63,320 nt of DNA, taken from an uncultured Gammaproteobacteria bacterium. GTDB taxonomy: Bacteria; Patescibacteriota; Patescibacteriia; Patescibacteriales; UBA12465. Both the position numbers and the translations under genes were made by a program. The stretch's first letter is position 1. Every line of letters begins with the position of its first letter. The notes below the pieces were generated by a model. That model did not search any database. It had not been told where the DNA came from and saw nothing but the letters and a program-made list of their open reading frames with translations. Shown here in pieces: positions 32,116 through 40,965 of the stretch. The DNA lies in the NCBI GenBank assembly GCA_964572055.1, contig CAZNDY010000001.1:1-63320 (forward strand). The letters run 5' to 3'.

Positions 32116-33189
32116 ATGTTAAATCAAGAAAAGAATGGGTTCACCCTCATCGAACTCCTGGTAGTAATAGCTATTATCGGAATACTCGCAACTCTAGCAG
32201 TTGTAGCCTTACAACAAGCACGACAAAACGCTAGAGATGCTAAAAGAATGGCTGATATGAAACAATTACATACAGCCCTGGAATTATTTGCTAATAAGTA
32301 TGGGAGATATCCCACAACAGAAGAGTGGAATCAAGGCTTTATTGGCTCTTCTACTGAAAATATAATTTTTATGCAGAATATTCCAAGCGCCCCTACTCCA
32401 GCTGATGGTGATTGTCTGGATTCTTCTAATACTTATATTTATATTCCTCAAAATAATGGAGCTACTTACACTATTAATTTCTGTACTGGCAAACAAGTAT
32501 CAGACCTACCTGAAGGAGCTAAACAAATGACGCCAGGTGGAATAATTTTTGGTAGTAGTGAGTTAGGCGGAGAAGAAACTCCAGTTTGGACCTGTGGAGA
32601 TGATTTTATAGATACCAGAGATGGTAATGTTTATCCAACAGTTCAAATAGGAACACAATGTTGGTTTGTTAAAAACATGAACTATGATAATGGTTGTTCT
32701 TCTGTTGTTTGGGTAAATGGCTCTGATGAAGGTTGGTGCGGTTGTTACAATAATGACAATAATAACTGCGATACATATGGACTTCTTTATCAATGGAGTG
32801 TTGTCATGAATGGAAACACAACTGAAGGGTCTCAAGGAATATGTCCTGTTGGTTGGCATATACCGACTGACAATCAGCAATATATATTAGAAAGTTATTT
32901 GTCAACAGGAACTTGTGATTCTTCACGCACTCTTTGGGACTGTGATCCAGCTGGGGCTAAGCTAAAAACAGATACCTGGGGTGGTGATAACAGTTCTGGT
33001 TTCACAGCTTTGCCAGGCGGATATCGCTACTCTCTTGGTTATCAAGGTCTTAATTCTAATTTTACTTTTTGGACATCTTCTTTTAATGGTTCTGGGGCTT
33101 GGCATCGCAATTTAATTTCTTCTCTTTCTTCAGTTTATCGTACTTATAGCTTCGATGCTGCATATTTTGTTCGTTGTTTAAAAGATTAA
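32116..33189 (+). CDS. Type IV pilin-like protein fused to a FISUMP (Fibrobacter succinogenes major paralogous, TIGR02145-type) domain
   Basis: The N-terminus has the prepilin cleavage/methylation motif G|[17 protein letters not shown]. The C-terminal half has the FISUMP pattern ([49 protein letters not shown]). Confidence 0.8.
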   Translation: MLNQEKNGFTLIELLVVIAIIGILATLAVVALQQARQNARDAKRMADMKQLHTALELFANKYGRYPTTEEWNQGFIGSSTENIIFMQNIPSAPTPADGDCLDSSNTYIYIPQNNGATYTINFCTGKQVSDLPEGAKQMTPGGIIFGSSELGGEETPVWTCGDDFIDTRDGNVYPTVQIGTQCWFVKNMNYDNGCSSVVWVNGSDEGWCGCYNNDNNNCDTYGLLYQWSVVMNGNTTEGSQGICPVGWHIPTDNQQYILESYLSTGTCDSSRTLWDCDPAGAKLKTDTWGGDNSSGFTALPGGYRYSLGYQGLNSNFTFWTSSFNGSGAWHRNLISSLSSVYRTYSFDAAYFVRCLKD

Positions 33190-33203
33190 ACAAAATGTAT
33201 AAA

Positions 33204-33234
33204 CAAAAAAAGACGGAAATTTTCCGTCTTTTTT
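33204..33234. terminator. Bidirectional terminator between the pilin gene and the tRNA pair
   Basis: AGACGGAAA-T-TTTCCGTCT palindrome flanked by an A-run and a T-run. Confidence 0.7.
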
Positions 33235-33239
33235 ATATG

Positions 33240-33313
33240 TGGGCATAGATGGACTTGAACCATCGACCCCCGCCTTATAAGGGCGGTGCTCTAACCGACT
33301 GAGCTATATGCCC
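33240..33313 (-). tRNA. tRNA-Ile with anticodon UAU (reads AUA)
   Basis: GGGCATA-TA-GCTC-AGTCGGTTA-GAGC-A-CCGCC-CTTATAA-GGCGG-GGGTC-GATGG-TTCAAGT-CCATC-TATGCCC-A. The cloverleaf is clean, with U33 and A37 flanking TAT. Confidence 0.85.
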
Positions 33314-33319
33314 GTAAAG

Positions 33320-33393
33320 TGGGCGTATCCCGACTCGAACGGGAGACCTTTACGATGTCAACGTAACGCTCTAACCAACTGAGCTATACGCCC
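33320..33393 (-). tRNA. tRNA-Val (anticodon GAC)
   Basis: GGGCGTA-TA-GCTC-AGTTGGTTA-GAGC-G-TTACG-TTGACAT-CGTAA-AGGTC-TCCCG-TTCGAGT-CGGGA-TACGCCC-A. Confidence 0.95.
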
Positions 33394-33448
33394 TAAAACG
33401 TAAAGAAAAAAAACTAGATTTATTCTAGCTAAAACAATTTTAACACTA

Positions 33449-34702
33449 TTAAAATATTTTTTCAAGACGTTTTTTAACCTTGTTTATTATTATTTTTTCC
33501 ACTTCTTTTATTGGTTTTTTAATATTGGCTTGAGCTATTTTTTTAGTTCCTTCAGGGAAGTATTCTTTCAAAATTTCAACCGAACTTATGTTTTTAACTG
33601 AATAAATTATAACTTTAGTTTGAAATATTTCGCTATTTTGTTCATCGTGAACTATTATTGTTTTGTCATTAAAATCTTCCTTATCTTCTTCTCTAATATA
33701 GTTATTATCTAAAATAGAAATTTCTGACATAGAATAAAAAATAGCTATTATTTTAGCACTGGGAATACTAACTATTAATTCATCAATAATATCTTGTAAA
33801 TTTTCTTCATTAGCTTTTGTTTCTTTAAAATCGTTTTTAAATAGAGTAGCCCAAACTATACTATTGCTTTCAGCAGATTTCAAGTTATTTAAAACTCTTC
33901 CCCATAGTTTTAAGGTATTTAAACTTCTAGATCGATAAAGATTAGATACAATTTCTTCTCTTTTTGCTCCTATTTCTATTAAATCAGAGCTAGTTTTTAG
34001 GGTTTGGGGTGTTAGATTATTAGTTTTAAAACTTTTTGTTTTAAAAATTATTCCAGTTAACAAACAAGTAGCAATTTGTTCGTCGATTAACTCTTTTTTA
34101 TGATTAGATAAAAGATCATAAATAATTTCACTAGCAGAAACAGCATTTAGATCAATAATATTTAATTGACCAAATTCTTCGTTTTCTGGATTGTGATCAA
34201 TATTAATGATGTTTGTTTTGTAAAAGAAATCAATATTATTGTCATAAATTCTGCCTAATGATTCTAGGTCGTGTGTGTTTAGAGTTATTATTAAGTCGTA
34301 TTTAAAGCCTGACATGCTAGATTTAATGTCTTTATTGGTGAAAAAACCGTTTTTGGGTGATATTATAAAGTTTAACTTGTTATCTTCAATTGTATATTTA
34401 ACATGACTAACTTTAGTGTTCTTTAAATCAAGAGAAACTACAAATTTCATTAAATTTTCCAAAGAGCTTTTAATTTCTGAAAATGCTGGTAAAAAATGAA
34501 ATGATTCGGCTGGTATTTTAAAATTATCATTTTTTTTCATTTTTTCTGCTCCAATTTCGACGTTTTTGCCTATTTTTTTTAAATATAAATACATAGCCAA
34601 AGAACTGGCAATGGCGTCTCCATTCCAGTCTATTGGAAAGCTAATCAAAATGTTGTTTGATTTCTCTATTAAATTAAAAAATTGGCTACTTGTTGGTAAC
34701 AT
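33449..34702 (-). CDS. DHH-family phosphoesterase (NrnA-like) with an atypical C-terminal region
   Basis: 417 aa with NGDAIASS (DHH motif I/II region) and IDHNPENE (DHH-type motif). I do not see the GGGH motif expected in the DHHA1-like C-terminus, and there is an extra insert. Confidence 0.65.
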   Translation of the reverse strand: MLPTSSQFFNLIEKSNNILISFPIDWNGDAIASSLAMYLYLKKIGKNVEIGAEKMKKNDNFKIPAESFHFLPAFSEIKSSLENLMKFVVSLDLKNTKVSHVKYTIEDNKLNFIISPKNGFFTNKDIKSSMSGFKYDLIITLNTHDLESLGRIYDNNIDFFYKTNIINIDHNPENEEFGQLNIIDLNAVSASEIIYDLLSNHKKELIDEQIATCLLTGIIFKTKSFKTNNLTPQTLKTSSDLIEIGAKREEIVSNLYRSRSLNTLKLWGRVLNNLKSAESNSIVWATLFKNDFKETKANEENLQDIIDELIVSIPSAKIIAIFYSMSEISILDNNYIREEDKEDFNDKTIIVHDEQNSEIFQTKVIIYSVKNISSVEILKEYFPEGTKKIAQANIKKPIKEVEKIIINKVKKRLEKIF

Positions 34703-34771
34703 AAAATTAAGCTAACTTACTATTATATATTTATTTTTAAGGCTAGTCAACTAGTTTTTTGGTGTTTTTAT

Positions 34772-34800
34772 TTGACCAAAAAGGTTAATTTTGTTAGTAT
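34772..34800 (+). promoter_or_regulatory. Candidate promoter of the membrane-protein/pheS/pheT unit
   Basis: TTGACC, a 17-nt spacer, then TAGTAT. Confidence 0.45.
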
Positions 34801-34817
34801 AAAATATATAAAACTAT

Positions 34818-35189
34818 ATGACTCTTAGAAAATATCTTATTTCAATGAGCTTTTTAAGCCTTTTGCTTTGGGCTGTTTTTGTTTTTATAACTAGGTCCGT
34901 TGACCCAGAGATTACTAATTGGTTTGGCTTTCTTTTATTCTATATTTCCTTGTTTTTTGCTTTGAGTGGTACTTTAACTGTTTTTGGTTTTGTTTTTAGA
35001 TTAATATTTTCTAAAAAAAATCTTTTGTTTAACTCTGTTCGTTCGTCTTTTCGACAATCTTTTTTATTGTCTTTTTTGTTAATTGCCATTTTAATAATGT
35101 TGGCTGAAAATATTTTTTCTTGGCTTAATATTATAATTGTTATATTGATTTTATCAATTGTAGAATATATTTTTATATCAGAAAAATAA
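34818..35189 (+). CDS. Small polytopic membrane protein, unknown function
   Basis: 123 aa with 3-4 hydrophobic helices, ending 9 nt upstream of pheS. Confidence 0.5.
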   Translation: MTLRKYLISMSFLSLLLWAVFVFITRSVDPEITNWFGFLLFYISLFFALSGTLTVFGFVFRLIFSKKNLLFNSVRSSFRQSFLLSFLLIAILIMLAENIFSWLNIIIVILILSIVEYIFISEK

Positions 35190-35198
35190 ATTTAAAAT

Positions 35199-36227
35199 AT
35201 GAAAGAAAAACTTTTAAAATTAAAAGAAGAAATAGAGGGCAAGTTGTTAGAAGCTAGAGATCTTGCCAGCCTTAAAGATTTAGAGGAGAAATATTTTAAT
35301 CGCAAAAGCGAATTTAACAACATTCTTAAAGGCATTAAAGATTTGAGTGATGATTTAAAAAAAGATATTGGACGGTTAGCCAACAGCATCAAACAAGAGT
35401 TGTCTTCTAATTTGCAAGAAGTTAAAAATAATCTAGAAAAACAGAAGGTTTCTAAGGAAAAATTTGACCCTAGCTTACCTGCTCAAAAACAAGAGAGAGG
35501 CCACCTTCATCCTTTAACTCAAATTAGAAATGAAATTGAAGACCTTTTTCACTCTATGGGTTTCGCGGTTATTGATGGCCCAGAGCTAGAAAGTGATTAT
35601 CATAATTTTACTGCTTTAAATTTTGCTCCTCATCATCCAGCTAGGGAAATGCAAGATACTTTTTTTGTTGATTTAAAAAATAAAGATGAGCATTATGATA
35701 TGATTATGAGAACTCATACTTCTCCGGTTCAGATTAGGGCTATGAAAAAATATGGAGCTCCTCTTAGGGCTATTGTCCCTGGAAGATGTTTCAGAAATGA
35801 GGCTACTGACGCTCGTCACGAACACACTTTCTATCAGCTAGAAGGCATTGTAATTGATAAGGGCATTAATTTTTCACATCTTAAAGGTGTTTTTGAAACT
35901 GTTGGTAAAAAGCTTTATGGTCCCAATGCTAAACTAAGAATGAGACCTAAGTATTATCCTTTTGTAGAACCAGGAAGCAATGGTGAGTATACTTGTTTTT
36001 TGTGTTCGGGCAAGGGTTGTCGAGTTTGTAAATATACTGGCTGGTTAGAAATTCTAGGTTGTGGCATGATTCATCCTGATGTTTTAAAAAACGGAGGTAT
36101 AGATCCTAAAAAATATTCCGGTTTCGCTTTTGGTTTTGGTTTTGATCGCTTGGCAATGCTTAAATATAATATAGACGATACTCGCCTGTTTAATAGCGGC
36201 GATCTTAGATTTTTGAAGCAATTTTAA
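35199..36227 (+). CDS. pheS: Phenylalanine--tRNA ligase alpha subunit
   Basis: 342 aa with class II motifs (HPLTQ, FRNEATDARHEHTFYQLEG, GFAFGFGFDRLAM). Confidence 0.95.
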   Translation: MKEKLLKLKEEIEGKLLEARDLASLKDLEEKYFNRKSEFNNILKGIKDLSDDLKKDIGRLANSIKQELSSNLQEVKNNLEKQKVSKEKFDPSLPAQKQERGHLHPLTQIRNEIEDLFHSMGFAVIDGPELESDYHNFTALNFAPHHPAREMQDTFFVDLKNKDEHYDMIMRTHTSPVQIRAMKKYGAPLRAIVPGRCFRNEATDARHEHTFYQLEGIVIDKGINFSHLKGVFETVGKKLYGPNAKLRMRPKYYPFVEPGSNGEYTCFLCSGKGCRVCKYTGWLEILGCGMIHPDVLKNGGIDPKKYSGFAFGFGFDRLAMLKYNIDDTRLFNSGDLRFLKQF

Positions 36228-36237
36228 TACTAAAAAT

Positions 36238-38661
36238 ATGAATATATCTTTAAATTGGTTAAAAGATTTTGTAAGTTTATCGGGCGTGAAAGTTGAAGAT
36301 GTCAAAGATAAATTAACAAAGCATACAGTAGAGGTTGAACAAATAATTAAACAAGGAGATAAATTTAGAAATGTGGTTATAGCTAAAATTTTAGAAGTTC
36401 AGAGACATCCCAAGGCTGATAGACTTCAAATTGCCATGGTTGATGATGGTGAAGAAAAAAATCTTAAAATAGTTTGTGGTGCCCCCAATATTGAAGCCGG
36501 ACAGCTTGTTCCTTTGGCTAAAATTGGTGCAATCTTGCCTAATGGTTTAGAAATAAAAAAAGCTGAAATAAGAGGAGAAGAGTCTAACGGCATGCTTTGT
36601 GCTGAAGATGAATTAGGCTTGGGCAGTAATCATGATGGTATAATGATTTTAGATAAAAGTGCTAAAATTGGTCAAAAGTTTTCCGATTATTTAGATTTAA
36701 CTGATACTATTTTAGAGATAGACAATAAATCAATATCAAACAGGCCAGATCTTTGGGGGCATTATGGAATAGCTAGAGAGTTGAGTGTTTTGTTTGGCTC
36801 TAAATTAAAAGAATATAAACCAAGAGAAATTAAAATTAAAAAATCAAAAGAAACTCTTAAAAATATTGAAATTGAAATAAAAAATAAAAAACTTTGTTCT
36901 AAATATATAGGTTTAAAAATAGATAATATTAAAATTTCAGAATCACCAAAATGGTTGAAACAAAGACTTTTAGCGCTAGGCTCTAAATCAATTAATAATA
37001 TTGTTGATGCCACTAATTATGTGATGCTTGAATTGGGTCAGCCACTTCATGCCTTTGATGCTGATTTAGTTGATAAAATTATTGTTAGGACTGCTGAAAA
37101 AGGAGAAAAAATAATAACCCTAGATGATATTGAGAAAAATTTAAATGAAAGTGATTTGCTTATTTGTAATAACAAAGAAGCTATTGCTATAGCAGGTGTA
37201 ATGGGTGGAAAAAATAGTGAAATAAACAATACAACCTCTAGTATTATAATTGAATCTGCTAATTTTGAGGCTGTTTCTGTCAGGAAAACAGCTCAAAGAC
37301 TTAATTCTAGAACGGATGCTGCTATGCGCTTTGAGAAGGGCTTAGATCCTAATTTGTGTTTGTTGGCTATAAATCGCGTTGCTGAAATCATTAAAGAGGT
37401 TTGCCCTACAGCCACCTTTAACCTGCCTTTAGTTTCTGAAGGTGATTTTGAAAACGAAGAAAGAGTGATAGATTTAGATTTGCTTTGGGCTGAAAAAATA
37501 ATTGGTCAAAAAATAGAAGATAAAGAAATAAAAAAAATATTAGAAAATTTGGGAATAAAGATAAAAAATAACAATGAAAGTGTTTGGAGTCTAGTTATTC
37601 CTTCCTGGAGAATGAAGGATTTAAAAATTAAAGAAGATATTATAGAAGAGATAATTAGAATTTTTGGTTATGACAATATTAAGGCTTCTTTGCCGGAAGT
37701 TGCTATTAACCCTCCTGAAAAAAGTTATGAATTGGAAATGGAGAAAAAAATTAAAAATATTTTAGCCCTTAGTTATAAATTAACCGAGGTTTATAATTAT
37801 TCTTTTGTTAGTGAAGATCAACTTTTAAAATTAAATTTAGATTATAGTGCTTATATTAAATTATTAAATCCTTTGTCCAGCCAATATGCTCTTCTTCGTC
37901 AAACATTGAGTACTAATTTATTGGCAAATGTAAAAAACAATCAATCTAAATATGAGAACATTGATATTTTTGAAATAGGTAATATTTTCTTAAATATTCC
38001 TGGAGGTTTAAATAAAGACGATACTTTTTCCGAAAGCTTGCCTTATCAGGAAAAAAAATTGGCTATTGTCTCTGCTAAATCAAATGGGGGCAGTTTTCAA
38101 TTTTTAAAAAATTTAATTTTTAATTTTGTTTACGAATTATCCAATGGCTTAGAAATTGAGTTCTTGCCAACTGAATCAATTATTTCTTGGGCGGACAAGG
38201 ATCAAAAATGCCTTTTATTGTTGGGCGGTGAGGAGATTGGTTTTTTGGCTAAAGTTGATAGCGGTATCCTTTCGAAAAATGGAATAAAAAAAGATACTTC
38301 TTCTTTGGAGGTAAGCTTGAAAAAGTTATTAGAGGCGATTTCTGGTTTTGGTTTAAAGCAATATAAGCCAATTCCAAAATTTCCGGCTGTAAATAGAGAT
38401 TTGGCTTTTGTAGTTGATCAAAATGTCTTATTTATTGATATTAAAAAGGAAATAGAAAACTTTAATTCTTTAATAGTTGGACTAGAATTATTTGATGTTT
38501 ATTCTGGTGAAAATTTAGGTCAAAATAAAAGAAGTTTAGCTTTTCATATTAGCTATCAATCTCCTGAAAGAACTCTAACTAACGAAGAAATTGATGTAGC
38601 TCAAAAGGAGTTAATAAGCATTTTGGAAGAGAAGTTTGGTGCTCAAGTTAGAGACTTTTAA
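36238..38661 (+). CDS. pheT: Phenylalanine--tRNA ligase beta subunit
   Basis: 807 aa. MNISLNWLKDF, a tRNA-binding OB domain (HPKADRLQIAMVDDG), then B3/4, B5 and FDX-ACB domain order. Confidence 0.95.
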   Translation: MNISLNWLKDFVSLSGVKVEDVKDKLTKHTVEVEQIIKQGDKFRNVVIAKILEVQRHPKADRLQIAMVDDGEEKNLKIVCGAPNIEAGQLVPLAKIGAILPNGLEIKKAEIRGEESNGMLCAEDELGLGSNHDGIMILDKSAKIGQKFSDYLDLTDTILEIDNKSISNRPDLWGHYGIARELSVLFGSKLKEYKPREIKIKKSKETLKNIEIEIKNKKLCSKYIGLKIDNIKISESPKWLKQRLLALGSKSINNIVDATNYVMLELGQPLHAFDADLVDKIIVRTAEKGEKIITLDDIEKNLNESDLLICNNKEAIAIAGVMGGKNSEINNTTSSIIIESANFEAVSVRKTAQRLNSRTDAAMRFEKGLDPNLCLLAINRVAEIIKEVCPTATFNLPLVSEGDFENEERVIDLDLLWAEKIIGQKIEDKEIKKILENLGIKIKNNNESVWSLVIPSWRMKDLKIKEDIIEEIIRIFGYDNIKASLPEVAINPPEKSYELEMEKKIKNILALSYKLTEVYNYSFVSEDQLLKLNLDYSAYIKLLNPLSSQYALLRQTLSTNLLANVKNNQSKYENIDIFEIGNIFLNIPGGLNKDDTFSESLPYQEKKLAIVSAKSNGGSFQFLKNLIFNFVYELSNGLEIEFLPTESIISWADKDQKCLLLLGGEEIGFLAKVDSGILSKNGIKKDTSSLEVSLKKLLEAISGFGLKQYKPIPKFPAVNRDLAFVVDQNVLFIDIKKEIENFNSLIVGLELFDVYSGENLGQNKRSLAFHISYQSPERTLTNEEIDVAQKELISILEEKFGAQVRDF

Positions 38662-38686
38662 TTATTTTATAATTAATAATATTTTT

Positions 38687-39004
38687 ATGATGGAAAACAG
38701 TGGCGACATTTTAAATATTTCAATTTCTTTAGCGGTTTTAGTTGTGGCTTTTTTTCTTAGTTGGTTATTATTTTATTTAGTGATTAGTTTTAAGAGAATT
38801 TATAAGATTACAGCTCAGGCTCAAGGAATAGCTAATAAAACTGAAAACTTATTAAATTTAATTAAGAGCAAAGTTAAGCAGAGCGGTTCTTATCTTTTTA
38901 TTTTTTCTAAATTAGCTGATAAAGCTATGGATTATTTTGGTGAAAAAATGAAAGAAAAAAAAGAAAAAACCAACAAAGAAAGTTCTTCCAAGAAGACTAA
39001 ATAA
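38687..39004 (+). CDS. Small membrane-anchored coiled-coil protein (DUF948-like?)
   Basis: About 105 aa from the ATG at 38687, with one TM followed by a helical K-rich tail. The ORF-track start at 38636 overlaps the pheT end. Confidence 0.45.
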   Translation: MMENSGDILNISISLAVLVVAFFLSWLLFYLVISFKRIYKITAQAQGIANKTENLLNLIKSKVKQSGSYLFIFSKLADKAMDYFGEKMKEKKEKTNKESSSKKTK

Positions 39005-39009
39005 TAAGT

Positions 39010-40005
39010 ATGAAAAAAATAATTTTAACAGGTGATAGGCCAACTGGACAGCTTCATATTGGTCATCTTTTTGGCTCTCTCTTAAAAAGAGTTGAATTAC
39101 AAGAAGAGTATGATGCCCATATTATGGTGGCCGATGTTCAGGCTTTAACTGATAATTTTCATAATCCTCAAAAGGTTAGAGACAATGTTTTTGAAGTTGT
39201 CTTGGACAATTTAGCAGTGGGCGTTGATCCAAACAAATCAACTATTTTTATTCAGTCAATGATTCCAGAGATTGCGGAATTAACAGTTTTTTATTCTAAT
39301 TTAGTTACTGTTTCTCGTCTTCAAAGAAATCCGACCGTTAAAGAGGAAATTAAGCAAAAAAAAGAACTATTTAAAGATAGTGTTACTTTTGGTTTTTTGG
39401 GTTATCCTGTTAGTCAAGCAGCTGATATTACGGCTTTTGGTGCCGATTTAGTTCCTGTTGGAGAAGATCAATTGCCAATGATTGAACAAACAAGAGAAAT
39501 TGTTAAAAAATTTAATAGTATTTACGGTGACATCTTAAAAGAACCAGAAGCTTTAATTGGTAGCGTTGGTCGTGTTAAGGGTCTTGATGGTAATTCTAAA
39601 ATGGGAAAAAGTTTAAACAATGCCATTTACTTAGCTGATGAGCCAGAAGTTATTGAACAAAAAGTAAAAAAAGCCTTAACTGATACTAAAAAGATAAAAA
39701 TAGATGATAAAGGAAATCCTGATGATTGTATGGTTTATTATTATCATCAAATATTTAGTAAAAATAATTTAGAAAATATTAAAAATGAATGTCAATCTGG
39801 GGCGAGAGGGTGTGTTCAGTGCAAAAAAGAGCTAAGTAGTAATATTGTAAAATATTTAGAACCTATTAGAGAAAAAAGAAAATATTATGAAGAGAGGCCA
39901 GAATTAGTAAGAGAAATTGTTGAAAGTGGAACAAAAAAAGCTAGAGTTAAAGCTAGCGAAATATTAAAAAAAGTAAAAGAGGGCATGAGAATTGATTATT
40001 TCTAG
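39010..40005 (+). CDS. trpS: Tryptophan--tRNA ligase
   Basis: 331 aa with HIGH-type GQLHIGHLFG and KMSKS-type KMGKS. Confidence 0.95.
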   Translation: MKKIILTGDRPTGQLHIGHLFGSLLKRVELQEEYDAHIMVADVQALTDNFHNPQKVRDNVFEVVLDNLAVGVDPNKSTIFIQSMIPEIAELTVFYSNLVTVSRLQRNPTVKEEIKQKKELFKDSVTFGFLGYPVSQAADITAFGADLVPVGEDQLPMIEQTREIVKKFNSIYGDILKEPEALIGSVGRVKGLDGNSKMGKSLNNAIYLADEPEVIEQKVKKALTDTKKIKIDDKGNPDDCMVYYYHQIFSKNNLENIKNECQSGARGCVQCKKELSSNIVKYLEPIREKRKYYEERPELVREIVESGTKKARVKASEILKKVKEGMRIDYF

Positions 40006-40018
40006 TTAAGATGTATAT

Positions 40019-40049
40019 AAAAAGACGAGAAGTTTTCTCGTCTTTTTTT
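40019..40049. terminator. Bidirectional terminator between trpS and the convergent operon
   Basis: AAAGACGAGAA-GTT-TTCTCGTCTTT flanked by an A-run and a T-run. Confidence 0.75.
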
Positions 40050-40062
40050 GTTCAACTTATTT

Positions 40063-40962
40063 TTAATAGGCAGAGATTTTTTTTAATAACTCTAGTTTAT
40101 TTAATTCTTTAATTGAGTAATTTTCTTTTTCTAAAAAGACAATAAAAGAAAAGTATTTATTTAAAGCCATGTAGTTAACCAAATCGTTGGGGCTAACCAT
40201 TTCTCTAGCAAAAGATTCTTCTTTTTTTATTTTAAATCCAATTTCGTTTAAGGAGTGATAAATTAATTCCGAACAATATAATTCTTTTTCGTCCTCAGTA
40301 ATTAAGTCATAATCGTATTCTTTTCCAATTTGTTCTTTACTTTTTTTCAAAAAATCAATAATTTTTTCTTTATTTTTATTTATTCTAAAAACTGTAAATG
40401 ATTTTAAATAGGAAGACTGAGAAAGATTGGACAACTCTTTGATATCTCTGATTTGGACACCATTAGAACTGCTATCTATAACTAGTTTTTGTTCATTATT
40501 TTGATGGTATATTTCCAGGTCTTTAAACATTTTAGAGTTTTCTGTTAAAAGCTCTGAAAGTTGATTTTTATCTCCAATATAAACAGCTGAATGCTTCCAT
40601 TTTCCGGGGATAAAGATGCTGCTTAGATATTTCCCGCTATTAGTAAAAATTATATCTCCCGTTTTTAATTCTGATAAATATTTTTCTAAGTCAACAAGAG
40701 AAATATTGTTTTTACCGTCTATAATTAAATTATCCTCATTAATATATTTGATAATTTGTTGATTGTGAATTGTGTAATCACCAATGCTAGCCATTACCTT
40801 TTTTTGTAGAGGTAGTCTTATGTTTTTGCTTATCAACTCTTCTTCTGGGAAGATGTAGGAGAATAATAAACTTAATAAAAAGAAAACAAAGATAAAAAAT
40901 AAAGATTGAAAAATCTTTTTAATAACAATTTTTTTGCTAATTTTTATGTTTATTTTATTCAT
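40063..40962 (-). CDS. Membrane-anchored YiiX/YebB-like permuted papain-fold (NlpC/P60 superfamily, C92-type) protein
   Basis: 299 aa with an N-terminal TM. His region GDIIFTNSGKYLSSIFIPGKWKHSAVYIG and later Cys region DEKELYCSELIYHSL, which is the permuted order typical of this family. Confidence 0.55.
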   Translation of the reverse strand: MNKINIKISKKIVIKKIFQSLFFIFVFFLLSLLFSYIFPEEELISKNIRLPLQKKVMASIGDYTIHNQQIIKYINEDNLIIDGKNNISLVDLEKYLSELKTGDIIFTNSGKYLSSIFIPGKWKHSAVYIGDKNQLSELLTENSKMFKDLEIYHQNNEQKLVIDSSSNGVQIRDIKELSNLSQSSYLKSFTVFRINKNKEKIIDFLKKSKEQIGKEYDYDLITEDEKELYCSELIYHSLNEIGFKIKKEESFAREMVSPNDLVNYMALNKYFSFIVFLEKENYSIKELNKLELLKKISAY

Positions 40963-40965
40963 TTT

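Noticed and set aside
32124-32880. Three antisense ORFs (63, 70 and 105 aa) inside the pilin-FISUMP gene.
   Set aside because: They are shadow ORFs caused by the atypical, less AT-rich composition of that gene. The sense-strand product has clear pilin and FISUMP motifs.
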